Part shown: piece after piece, positions 40,267 to 49,033 of the stretch
Layout of the letters: every line of letters starts with the position of its first letter
Position numbering within the stretch: position 1 is the stretch's first letter
NCBI GenBank assembly: GCA_001189095.1
Contig: LFCK01000001.1
Span: 20,133-84,132 of the forward strand
Length of the DNA: 64,000 nt
Source of the DNA: Parcubacteria bacterium C7867-001
GTDB taxonomy: Bacteria; Patescibacteriota; Minisyncoccia; Phycocordibacterales; Phycocordibacteraceae
Direction of reading: 5' to 3'
The notes under the pieces: generated by a model
Told to the model about the DNA's origin: nothing
The model's database searches: none
Seen by the model: only the letters and a program-made list of their open reading frames with translations
Program-made: the position numbers and the translations under genes

Positions 40267-42477
40267 ATGCTCAAGCGGCTAGAAATTGCCGGGTTTAAGT
40301 CCTTTGCGCGCAAAACGTCGCTGGATTTTTCGTCATCCGTAACTTCTATCGTGGGCCCGAACGGCTCCGGAAAGTCGAATGTGGCCGAAGCGTTCCGCTT
40401 CGCGCTCGGCGAGCAATCGATGAAGTCCATGCGTGGAAAGCGTAGTGAAGATCTCATCTGGAGCGGCTCCCATTCCATGTCGCGCTCTAATCGCGCTTCG
40501 GTCGCCATCGTTTTTGATAATCGTAAGAAAATATTCCCGAAGCTCGAGTTCGATGAAGTGACCATTGAACGCGCGGTCTTCCGCGACGGTCAGAGCGAAT
40601 ACCTCGTGAATGGCTCAAAGGTTCGTCTCCGCGATGTTCAAGAACTTCTTGCGAGCGCGAATGTGGGTGACACCGGTCACCACATCATTTCTCAGGGAGA
40701 AGCGGATCGCATTCTTCTTGCGTCGCCGCAGGATCGCCGCGCAATGCTCGAAGACGCGCTTGGCCTCACTGCATTTGAATTCAAGAAGCAGGACGCCATC
40801 AGAAAACTTGAGAAGACGGAAGAGAATGTTCGCCAAGTTGAAGCACTGCGACGTGAGCTCGTGCCGCACGTCCGTTTCTTGAGCAAGCAGGTCGAGAAGC
40901 TCGACCGTGCTGAAGAGCTCCGTAAGCAGCTCGCGCAAGCGTGTCAGGAATATTTTGCGATTGAAGAGCTCTATATCGAAGTGGAGAAGACGCGCACTGC
41001 GGCAGCGAAGTCCGCTGCAGGGGAACGTCTTGCAGCTGCGGTCGCTGAGCTCGGTCGTTTCGGGAGTCGTCTTTCAGGAGATCCGGAAGGAATGAAGTAT
41101 TCGGAAACCGTGCGTCAGGCGGAGCGCGATGTTGACCGTATTCTCGAAGAGCGCGCAGAGCTTTCTCGAGAAATAGGCCGACTCGAAGGCGCGCTTGAAG
41201 AAGCAAAGAAGCGAAGTGTTGAGACTGCTCGGGATCCGTATGTGAAAGTCCCGCGCGAAGATTTCGCACTCCTTAAGAATGAGGTGGAGAAGCAGTCGAA
41301 TCTTGGAGATGATGCAGATCCGTCCGCACTCCGAGCTGCGCTCATGTCGCTCCGCGCTGCGGTGACCGCATTCTTCTCGCGCTTCGGAAATCCGAATGAC
41401 GACCTCATGGCGGATGAAGAGCGAGCGGTCGCACGTCTTGAGAACGAACGTTCGCTCCTCATGGAAAAGGACGCGCATCTTGCGGAAAGTGTGGAGCGTG
41501 CGAAAAAGCACCTCGCGAAGTCCCGTGAAGCATCGATGTCATACGAAGAGACGGGTCGCGAACAGCAGTTCCGCGTTCTTGATCTTGCGGAAACGAAAGC
41601 GAAAGAAGAAGCGCAGGTTGTGCGCGAGGAAGCGCGCGAGAAGGAACTTGAATACTTGCGTAGCGATCTTGAGCAGAGTCGTGCAGAAGCACTTCAGCTC
41701 GCTGGAAGCGAGGCATTTTCATACACAAAACTTTCGGAACTCCCGAAGGAAGAGCGTCGAACACAGGAAGACCGAAAGCGTGTTCTCGAGCGCCTTAAAA
41801 TTCGCGTCGAAGAGGCGGGTGGTACGGGCGAAGACGTTCGCAAAGAGCATAAGGACGCGACCGAGCGTGAAGCGTTTCTTGCCCACGAGCTCGACGACCT
41901 TGCGAAGTCCGCACAAGGACTCCGCGACCTTATTGCCGATCTTGATCTTGAACTCTCGAAGAATTTCGCCGAAGGCCTTAAGAGTGTGAATCAATCATTC
42001 ACAGAATTCTTCTCGCTCATGTTTGGTGGTGGTGGCGCGCGTCTCATGCTTGAAGAGGCGTCAAACGATGATGAAGAAGATGAAGAGAATGAGTTTGACG
42101 ATCAACCGAAAAAGCAGAAGAAGGCAGGCATCGAGGTGCAGGTGAGTCTCCCGAAAAAGCGTGTGCAGTCCTTGGTGCAGCTCTCAGGAGGTGAGCGTGC
42201 GCTCACTTCAATAGCACTTATTTTTGCGATGAGTCAGGTAAACCCGCCACCGTTCCTCATCCTCGACGAAACGGACGCGGCGCTTGATGAAGCGAACAGC
42301 CGACGCTACGGCGATATGATCGAAGCGCTTGCGAAGCGTTCCCAGCTCGTCGTCATCACCCACAATCGCGAAACCATGAGTCGTGCAGGCATCCTCTACG
42401 GCGTAACGATGGGTTCCGACGGCGTGTCGAAACTCCTCTCCGTGAAGTTCGAAGAAGCAGCTGCCGTTGCAAAATAA
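40267..42477 (+). CDS. smc: SMC-family ATPase, short form (~736 aa)
   Basis: GFKSF, GPNGSGKSN, ISQG, LSGGE, ILDETDAALD, ITH. Confidence 0.92.
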   Translation: MLKRLEIAGFKSFARKTSLDFSSSVTSIVGPNGSGKSNVAEAFRFALGEQSMKSMRGKRSEDLIWSGSHSMSRSNRASVAIVFDNRKKIFPKLEFDEVTIERAVFRDGQSEYLVNGSKVRLRDVQELLASANVGDTGHHIISQGEADRILLASPQDRRAMLEDALGLTAFEFKKQDAIRKLEKTEENVRQVEALRRELVPHVRFLSKQVEKLDRAEELRKQLAQACQEYFAIEELYIEVEKTRTAAAKSAAGERLAAAVAELGRFGSRLSGDPEGMKYSETVRQAERDVDRILEERAELSREIGRLEGALEEAKKRSVETARDPYVKVPREDFALLKNEVEKQSNLGDDADPSALRAALMSLRAAVTAFFSRFGNPNDDLMADEERAVARLENERSLLMEKDAHLAESVERAKKHLAKSREASMSYEETGREQQFRVLDLAETKAKEEAQVVREEAREKELEYLRSDLEQSRAEALQLAGSEAFSYTKLSELPKEERRTQEDRKRVLERLKIRVEEAGGTGEDVRKEHKDATEREAFLAHELDDLAKSAQGLRDLIADLDLELSKNFAEGLKSVNQSFTEFFSLMFGGGGARLMLEEASNDDEEDEENEFDDQPKKQKKAGIEVQVSLPKKRVQSLVQLSGGERALTSIALIFAMSQVNPPPFLILDETDAALDEANSRRYGDMIEALAKRSQLVVITHNRETMSRAGILYGVTMGSDGVSKLLSVKFEEAAAVAK

Positions 42478-42508
42478 AAACCGCGCCAGCATAGCTGGCG
42501 CGGCATTT

Positions 42509-42847
42509 TCACACATCGGCGAGAATGTCCGGAAACTCTCTCGCTAAGAAAGCGTCGAATACTCCTTCGCGCCCCTTTCTGAAATCGCGGTGCTGCGCCT
42601 TTTCAGATTCGCGGCGCCACAGTTTGCGTTCACGAAGATACTGCTTCACGAAGGCGACGAACTCGCGCGCGTCGTCCTCGTCCCAGAAATGGGCGAGTTC
42701 GATATCGTCTTGCGAGACGACGATAAATCCCCAGCCCGATGGCCGGACAGTCCACGGCTGCGGATATCGCCTGCAGGTCTGTTCGAAGACTTCTTTGAGG
42801 AAGTCGACCTTCTTTGTTCGCGAAAGGGTAAGTTGTTTCTTGGCCAT
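42509..42847 (-). CDS. Orphan hypothetical protein
   Basis: SD AAAGGAGG; convergent on the smc terminator. Confidence 0.6.
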   Translation of the reverse strand: MAKKQLTLSRTKKVDFLKEVFEQTCRRYPQPWTVRPSGWGFIVVSQDDIELAHFWDEDDAREFVAFVKQYLRERKLWRRESEKAQHRDFRKGREGVFDAFLAREFPDILADV

Positions 42848-42893
42848 GAGCGGCCTCCTTTCTTCGTGTCTATCTGCACGGTATCATGCGGAA

Positions 42894-43244
42894 ATGGAAA
42901 AACACACCGGCGGATGTCACTGCACAAAAGTCCGTTACGAAGTTGAGCTGGATCTCACAAGGCCGGTCCTCGACTGCAATTGCTCGCACTGCGCTATAAA
43001 AGGCCTACTGCTCGCATTCGTGCCAGAATCGCAATTTACCCTCCTTTCAGGAGCGGATGATCTCGAGACCTACAAATTCAGCAAAGGCCACATCTCGCAC
43101 ATGGCTTGCAAGAGTTGCGGCGTGCAGCCGTTCGGAAAAGGGATGGGGAAGGATGGGCCAATGGTCGCGATAAACGTCCGTACGCTCGACGACGTCGACC
43201 TCAAGTCTCTTACGTACAACGAATTCAACGGAAAGGACCTCTAG
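42894..43244 (+). CDS. GFA (glutathione-dependent formaldehyde-activating)/CENP-V family protein
   Basis: GGCHC, CNCSHC, CKSCGV, AINVR. Confidence 0.9.
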   Translation: MEKHTGGCHCTKVRYEVELDLTRPVLDCNCSHCAIKGLLLAFVPESQFTLLSGADDLETYKFSKGHISHMACKSCGVQPFGKGMGKDGPMVAINVRTLDDVDLKSLTYNEFNGKDL

Positions 43245-43374
43245 GCCACCTTACGAGTTCGGCGTCGAGCACTCTTTTGCAGTTTCGGGTGCACTCGACA
43301 AATAATTATATTCGGGTTATAGAAGTACTGGAAGCCCATTAGGGGTTTTGCAAACGCCAACAGGAGAATTCTTA

Positions 43375-43866
43375 GTGGCAGATGAAACTACCGTAGATAC
43401 CCCCGAACCTAAGGGTAAGGGAGGGTGGACCGCGCTCGCCGTAGTGGCGGCTCTCCTTCTCCTCATTGCCTTGGCTATAGGAGGCTATACGATCTATATG
43501 AAAAACGGTGGGCAAAATCCTTTTGCCAAACCTGCGCCGGTTGCCTCTAAAGAAGCAATCGCGTTCGGTGAACGTTGCGCTGGCGCCGGACTCTCTCAGG
43601 ACTGCGCCGGTACGTATGTGTTCGTGAAGGGCAATCCTCGGCCGTATGTGATCGGCGAGTCATCGCTCTATAACGACATCGTCTGGTTCGACGCTCTCGC
43701 GAAGAACAAGTTCGTCGATGTCGAGCGCGTCGTCTCGCCGCGCTGCGGCCCCGAAGGCAGCGACTATGAAAAAGTCGTCTGCGAGTACAACGGCATCAAG
43801 CCCAAGCCGCCGGCGCCGGCAGCCGGTAGCGCTGCGCCCGTAAAGCCAGCCGCTCCGCCAAGCTAA
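43375..43866 (+). CDS. Membrane-anchored protein with four extracellular Cys and a Pro-rich tail
   Basis: SD AGGAG, TM, terminator 43888-43918. Confidence 0.62.
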   Translation: MADETTVDTPEPKGKGGWTALAVVAALLLLIALAIGGYTIYMKNGGQNPFAKPAPVASKEAIAFGERCAGAGLSQDCAGTYVFVKGNPRPYVIGESSLYNDIVWFDALAKNKFVDVERVVSPRCGPEGSDYEKVVCEYNGIKPKPPAPAAGSAAPVKPAAPPS

Positions 43867-43919
43867 TCCGATCGCTCCGCGATTCGGAAAACCCGCTGCA
43901 GAAATGCAGCGGGTTTTTG

Positions 43920-45887
43920 TTATTTCACGAGTTCAAAATCGAGTTCGCGTTCGAAGGGCCGTGCGGCAATAAGGCGTACACGTATCGGGTCGCCAAGTGC
44001 GTATTCCTTCTTCGTACGCTCGCCCACAAGGCGATAACGCTTTTCATCAAAGGTGTAGTAGTCGTCGCCGATTGAGTTGATGCGCACCATACCGTCTGCG
44101 CGCGTCGACTGTTCTTCCACGTAGAAACCGTTTGCCGTGACGCCGGAAATAACCGCATCGAATTCGGTTCCAATCTTGTCCATGAGGAACTCGACCTGCT
44201 TGAGCTTGATCGAGTCGCGTTCTGCTTCCGAAGCAGAGACTTCGCGTTCGCTTGAGTGGACCGCGAGACGCTCGAGCTCATCGAGCTCTTTCTTGGTGAC
44301 CTCGTCGCCATGCTCGATGTGCTTCACCATGCGGTGCACGAGAAGGTCCGGATAGCGGCGAATCGGTGAGGTGAAGTGCGTGTAGTGCGAAAAGGCGAGA
44401 CCAAAGTGGCCATTGTTCTTCGTCGTATAAATAGCCTTGCTCATCGAGCGAAGGGTCGCGCTCTTAATGAGATATTCTTCCGGCTTTCCTTTCACCTGTT
44501 CGAGGAGCTGATTAAGGTCCGTACCTTTCACTTGGCCGGCGCCCGTGACTGGCAGGTTATAGCCGAGAACTTTGAGGAACGCCGCAAGATTTTCGATGCG
44601 TTCTGCGTCTGGAACATCGTGCACGCGATAAATGACGCCATTCGCAAGACCTTTTTTCTTGGTCGTCTTTTCCAAATGCTCCGCAACCGCTTCGTTTGCA
44701 AGAAGCATGAAGTCTTCGATGAGGAGATTCGTCGCTTTGCGTTCCTTGAGGCGGATAGCGATTGGCTTGCCGTTCTCATCGAGTTCGATTTTCACTTCGG
44801 CGGTGTCGAATTCAATAGCGCCCTTCTTCACGCGGCGTGCGCGGATCTTGTCCGCAAGCGTTTTAAGAATAGTGAGCTCTTTGAAGAGTTCGCCTTCGCC
44901 CTTGTCGAGCACTTCCTGCGCGTTTTCGTATGTAAATCGTTTATCCGAGTGAATGACCGTCTCACCGAACCATGTCTCAATGATGCCGGCATCCTTGTCG
45001 AGTGTGAACACGGCAGAGACAGCGAGACGATCGAGGTCAGGATTAAGTGAGCAGAGATTGGTGGAGAGGACGTGCGGAAGCATTGGAATGGTGCGATCAA
45101 CGAGGTACACGCTCGTTGCGCGGTTGCGGCCTTCTGCGTCGATTTCGGTACCGGGGACGACAAAATGCGAGACGTCCGCGATATGCACGCCGATTTCAAA
45201 ATTTCCATCAGGAAGCTCTTTCACTGAAAGCGCGTCGTCGAAGTCTTTTGCATCGAAGGGGTCAATAGTGAAGGTCGTGGTGCCGCGGAAGTCCTTGCGG
45301 CGCGGGTCTTTTGCACCGGCGTCGAGCATTGCTTGGCCGTTCTTTTCGAGTTCTTCCGCTTCTTTCTTTACGCCGGGAGGGAAGTCAGAGTGGAATCCTT
45401 GCGCGAGTGCGACGGCGCGCATTTCGACGTCGTGGTCGCCCGCGATACCAATAACTTCTTTCACCGTGCCCCACGGGAAACGGGCTCCTGCGTCCCAGCC
45501 GCCAAGCGTAATAAGCACTTTGTAGCCGAACGGGGGATTCTCACCGCGCACTTCAAACGGCACGTACATCTTCTTCCAGTCGGGAATCAGAATGGCCTTG
45601 AACTGGCTTGCATCTTCTGGCTTCGGTTCGATGAGTTTACCGACGAATTCCGTGCGAGCGCGCGTGACTATTTCGAGCACTTTGCCCGCTTCCCGCTTCC
45701 CGCCCGAACGGCGGTCTTCAATGAAGCCGACTGATTGCACTTTCACGATGTCGTAGGGGAATGCGCCGCCGAGGTCATCAGCTTGGATGATGAAGTCCTC
45801 CTTGCCGTTTTCCCGCGCAAAAAAGCCCGTGCCGCTTCGCGTCACGGAAATCACTCCTTCATATATCGTTTCGTCCTTTGCGGCCAT
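43920..45887 (-). CDS. rnr: Ribonuclease R (RNB family)
   Basis: TIDPFDAKDFDDALS, HIADVSH, YTHFTSPIRRYPDL, C-terminal S1. Confidence 0.95.
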   Translation of the reverse strand: MAAKDETIYEGVISVTRSGTGFFARENGKEDFIIQADDLGGAFPYDIVKVQSVGFIEDRRSGGKREAGKVLEIVTRARTEFVGKLIEPKPEDASQFKAILIPDWKKMYVPFEVRGENPPFGYKVLITLGGWDAGARFPWGTVKEVIGIAGDHDVEMRAVALAQGFHSDFPPGVKKEAEELEKNGQAMLDAGAKDPRRKDFRGTTTFTIDPFDAKDFDDALSVKELPDGNFEIGVHIADVSHFVVPGTEIDAEGRNRATSVYLVDRTIPMLPHVLSTNLCSLNPDLDRLAVSAVFTLDKDAGIIETWFGETVIHSDKRFTYENAQEVLDKGEGELFKELTILKTLADKIRARRVKKGAIEFDTAEVKIELDENGKPIAIRLKERKATNLLIEDFMLLANEAVAEHLEKTTKKKGLANGVIYRVHDVPDAERIENLAAFLKVLGYNLPVTGAGQVKGTDLNQLLEQVKGKPEEYLIKSATLRSMSKAIYTTKNNGHFGLAFSHYTHFTSPIRRYPDLLVHRMVKHIEHGDEVTKKELDELERLAVHSSEREVSASEAERDSIKLKQVEFLMDKIGTEFDAVISGVTANGFYVEEQSTRADGMVRINSIGDDYYTFDEKRYRLVGERTKKEYALGDPIRVRLIAARPFERELDFELVK

Positions 45888-45994
45888 TTACGCCTAAAAT
45901 ATAGCATCTTCCGCATATATCGACACGAAATGAGGCGCGTGGCATAGTCTTTTTGGAGTTCTCTGGAAATGACTCCTTGGAAAGGTTTTTACCA

Positions 45995-46297
45995 ATGGGA
46001 GAAGTTAGTTTGGGGGCGATGTCGATCGCATTCTTGTGGTTTGCAGGAATTGTCGGCGTTTTTGCCCTCTGGATGTCGTTCGTCGAAAGTTGGCCGAACG
46101 CTCAGATGTTCACACCGATGTGGTTCGGCGGGGCATTCGCTCTCGCGGGCGCCGCGCTGCTTTCCGCAGCCAAAACGACCTACCCGATGCTGTGTGCAGG
46201 CGCCGTCCTGTGCGGCATCGGAATCATCTTCATGAGCGTGTATCTGCACGTTTTCGTGAAAGCGGGGTACCAGCGGGTTACCTATAAAACCTACTGA
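45995..46297 (+). CDS. 3-TM orphan membrane protein
   Basis: Hydrophobic helices; terminator 46301-46333. Confidence 0.55.
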   Translation: MGEVSLGAMSIAFLWFAGIVGVFALWMSFVESWPNAQMFTPMWFGGAFALAGAALLSAAKTTYPMLCAGAVLCGIGIIFMSVYLHVFVKAGYQRVTYKTY

Positions 46298-46335
46298 CCA
46301 AAGGCGCCTCGGATGTATCCGAGGCGCCTCTTTAT

Positions 46336-46364
46336 TTGACCAAAAGCCCCTATTTTGGTACTCT
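46336..46364 (+). promoter_or_regulatory. Promoter of the rpsP operon
   Basis: TTGACC-17bp-TACTCT (extended TG). Confidence 0.6.
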
Positions 46365-46374
46365 CCACGGACAT

Positions 46375-46815
46375 ATGTTGATGATCCGCTTTCAGCGAAT
46401 TGGCCGCAAGAATGATCCGGCTTTTCGTATTGTCGTACTCCCGAAGACCTCGGGCCCTAAAGCTGGTACCTATACCGACCTCATCGGTACCTACAACCCG
46501 AAGACCAAGGAATTTAAGATCGAAGCAGACCGCCTCAAGGACTGGATGAGCAAGGGTGCCCAGCTTTCCCCAAGCCTTTCGAACCTCCTCATTGATAAGA
46601 AGATCATCGAAGGTAAGAAGGTGAATGTCCTTCCGAAGAAGTCTCCTATCAAGGATCCTGAAGCTGAAGCAAAGGCTGCTGCAGCGGCCGCAGCAGCAGC
46701 TGCGCCGGTTGTTGCTGAGGCAGCTCCTGAAGTTGTTGAAGAAGCGCCCGCTGAAGCTCCGGTTGAAGAGGCAGCTCCTGCTGAGGAAGTTGCACCTGCC
46801 GAAGCTGCGGCATAA
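46375..46815 (+). CDS. rpsP: 30S ribosomal protein S16 with Ala/Glu/Pro tail
   Basis: IRFQRIGRK..P.FRIVV, GTYNP, W.SKGAQ. Confidence 0.95.
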   Translation: MLMIRFQRIGRKNDPAFRIVVLPKTSGPKAGTYTDLIGTYNPKTKEFKIEADRLKDWMSKGAQLSPSLSNLLIDKKIIEGKKVNVLPKKSPIKDPEAEAKAAAAAAAAAAPVVAEAAPEVVEEAPAEAPVEEAAPAEEVAPAEAAA

Positions 46816-46848
46816 CCGCGCGCGCTACGCGCGCGTCATTACTTTTCT

Positions 46849-47172
46849 ATGGATATGGATGTAACGAATGCAAAGGAATTTCTTGAATACGTGATACGCC
46901 AGCTCGTCGATCATCCGGACGAGGTTTCGATCGTTCCGACACTCGACAACTTCGGCGTCCTCCTCACCCTCAAAGTCCACAAGGACGATATGGGCAAGCT
47001 CATCGGTAAGGGAGGCAAGTTCGCTACCGAAACCATTCGCCCGCTTATGAAAGCCTACGGCTACAAGCATGGTGCAAACATTAGCGTGAAGCTCGCAGAA
47101 CCGGTTGGCGGCAAGCGCTACAGCGAAGCGCCAGAACTTAAGTCGGTAGACGAAGCATTGGGCGAGCTATAA
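46849..47172 (+). CDS. khpA: KH-domain RNA-binding protein (KhpA-like)
   Basis: LVDHPDEV...DMGKLIGKGG; follows rpsP. Confidence 0.88.
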   Translation: MDMDVTNAKEFLEYVIRQLVDHPDEVSIVPTLDNFGVLLTLKVHKDDMGKLIGKGGKFATETIRPLMKAYGYKHGANISVKLAEPVGGKRYSEAPELKSVDEALGEL

Positions 47173-47182
47173 TTCTTTATAT

Positions 47183-47740
47183 ATGACTACGACTCGTGGA
47201 TTCGCGTTCATAACGGTACTCATTGCCGTTGCTGGTCTTTTGATGCTCGGTGGGACCGCGTACGTCGTTACGCAGGATTCGATGAAAGCTCCGGCGGATC
47301 AGGTCGCTACGATGGAAGAGAAGCATGTGCAGACGGCGCCCGGGGATCATCCAGAAGTTGATCATGATGCCAATGGTGGCGTAGCGGCATCTGCCACAGG
47401 AAAAATCGGCATTAACTGGAAGTTTGAGAGCGCGGGCGAAAAGGACTATGTTCCGCAAACCAAAGTCACGGCGATAGTAAGCAGCAAGCCGCATGTCGTC
47501 GGTGTATTCGCGGGTACCTGTTCTGAAATAGGACCGTCAGGCGGCGTTGATGGGAAAGGTCTTCTCGCCGGCGAACTTTCTGGCGTTCAATGCTGGTATG
47601 CAGGAGGCGGCAATGAAATCGGTCTCTTCGCGATAGAGGACGGCGGCGTCGAAATCATGGTTGGCGAACTCGATGAAGGCAGTGCTGAGAATGCCGGTGT
47701 CCGCGGTAACTTCAAGATTCGCACCGACATCAAGCTCTAA
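47183..47740 (+). CDS. Pilin-like exported protein (class III-like signal lacking E5)
   Basis: RGFAFITVLIAVAG; C-terminal C...CWYAGGG domain. Confidence 0.6.
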   Translation: MTTTRGFAFITVLIAVAGLLMLGGTAYVVTQDSMKAPADQVATMEEKHVQTAPGDHPEVDHDANGGVAASATGKIGINWKFESAGEKDYVPQTKVTAIVSSKPHVVGVFAGTCSEIGPSGGVDGKGLLAGELSGVQCWYAGGGNEIGLFAIEDGGVEIMVGELDEGSAENAGVRGNFKIRTDIKL

Positions 47741-48396
47741 TGCTTCGTTTTCATCTCATTACTCTCTTTCCGGAAGCATGCGATGCGTATCTTTCCGCAT
47801 CCATCCTTGGTCGTGCTCGTACGAATAAAAAGATAGCGGTGAAGTATGCGTCTCCGCGCGACTTCGTTGAAAATAAGTGGGGCAAGGTGGACGAGCGTCC
47901 GTATGGCGGCGGTCCCGGCATGGTGATGCAGGCCCTTCCGGTGGTGAAGGCGGCGAAGAAGTCTCTTGGCACCAAAAAGAAAGCAGCGATTGTTTGGTTC
48001 GCACCAAACGCAAAGCCTTTTGATAACAAAGAGGCGGACAAACTCGCGAAGTTTTCTGACGTAGTGCTCGTGTGTGGTCGCTATGAAGGCATTGATGAGC
48101 GCGCAAAGACGATGCTCAAGACGCTCGGTACGCTTAAAGAATACTCAGTTGGTGAAGCGGTTTATACGGGTGGGGAAGTTCCGGCACTCGCTATTGTGGA
48201 TGCGGTAACGCGTCGTCTCAAGGGGGTGCTCGGTAAGGATGAGTCGGTGGAAGAGCGGCGCGTGGCCTCCCGCGCCGTCTACACGCGTCCCGACACCATT
48301 TCCTTTAACAAGAAAAACTACAAAGTTCCCGCGGTTCTCAAGACTGGCCACCACGCAAATATCGATACATGGAAGACCAAGAAAAACACGCGCTAG
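47740..48396 (+). CDS. trmD: tRNA (guanine37-N1)-methyltransferase
   Basis: ITLFPE, VDERPYGGGPGMVM, CGRYEGIDER, TGGE, YTRP. Confidence 0.95.
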   Translation: MLRFHLITLFPEACDAYLSASILGRARTNKKIAVKYASPRDFVENKWGKVDERPYGGGPGMVMQALPVVKAAKKSLGTKKKAAIVWFAPNAKPFDNKEADKLAKFSDVVLVCGRYEGIDERAKTMLKTLGTLKEYSVGEAVYTGGEVPALAIVDAVTRRLKGVLGKDESVEERRVASRAVYTRPDTISFNKKNYKVPAVLKTGHHANIDTWKTKKNTR

Positions 48397-48413
48397 CGTG
48401 GGATACTGAATGT

Positions 48414-48602
48414 ATGGAAGCATCCCCCGGACAAGACCCGTTTGTGCGAAACGAAGAATTTGAAGAGGACGGAAAGACGTATCGTCGGTTCATCCGGCAC
48501 GACGGAACGGCTATGACCATGCTTATAAGCAAAGGATACGAGCCGCGACGCGAAGAGGTCTTCAACGAAGAGACGAAGACGTGGGAACAGAAAGCAGCAT
48601 AA
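48414..48602 (+). CDS. Small hypothetical protein
   Basis: GATACT 6 nt before ATG; terminator 48609-48637. Confidence 0.45.
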   Translation: MEASPGQDPFVRNEEFEEDGKTYRRFIRHDGTAMTMLISKGYEPRREEVFNEETKTWEQKAA

Positions 48603-48644
48603 AAGGAGCGGGCCGGCGCGAAGCGCCGGCCCTTTTTCCTGAAC

Positions 48645-48767
48645 TCAGGACTTTTTGGATCTCGGTTCCCACAGGTTGACCATCCATCCGAGGACACAAG
48701 CGCCCCCGAAGAACAGCCCCCAAGAGAGCCCCTTAATCCATTCCCAAGTGGTAGGGTCAATGTGCAT
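48645..48767 (-). CDS. 40-aa single-TM peptide
   Basis: MHIDPTTWEWIKGLSWGLFFGGACVLGWMVNLWEPRSKKS; SD GGAGGT; promoter TTGACA-17-TATTAT at 48818-48790. Confidence 0.55.
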   Translation of the reverse strand: MHIDPTTWEWIKGLSWGLFFGGACVLGWMVNLWEPRSKKS

Positions 48768-48848
48768 GATTGTGCACCTCCCATTGGATATAATACAGTA
48801 TTTTAGTATATATGTCAAGTTATGGGGATAACCAGCCCCAAAACAGGC

Positions 48849-48876
48849 TTGACGCCCCCTGCGTGGGGCGTATACT
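48849..48876 (+). promoter_or_regulatory. rpoBC promoter
   Basis: TTGACG-16bp-TATACT; the spacer holds inverted repeat ACGCCCC/GGGGCGT. Confidence 0.65.
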
Positions 48877-48880
48877 GGGG

Positions 48881-49012
48881 CTAACCAGAACGGATTGAGT
48901 GATGGGGGCACTCTGGTACAAAAGATCCGATAGTTAGACAATTTTTTAACAGCGTCTCGAGAACGAGGCGAATGGCTTGCATGCGTGCAGGTCCATTTAC
49001 CGTTTTCAGAGA
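48881..49012 (+). ncRNA. Putative structured 5' leader of rpoB (two long hairpins)
   Basis: CTAAC/GTTAG, CGGATT/GATCCG, GAGTG/CACTC; then TCTC/GAGA, GAGAACG/CGTTTTC, AATGG/CCATT, CTTGCA/TGCAGG. Confidence 0.5.
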
Positions 49013-49033
49013 TTCCTTCTTCACGACATACAC

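Noticed and set aside
42525-42893. N-terminal extension of the GFA ORF (239 aa in the track)
   Set aside because: The GFA fold starts at ATG 42894, which has a -10 box 6 nt upstream. The extension is antisense to an SD-led ORF.
46660-46812. GCT/GAA-rich repeats at the end of rpsP
   Set aside because: They encode the Ala/Glu/Pro tail of S16 and are not an independent repeat element.
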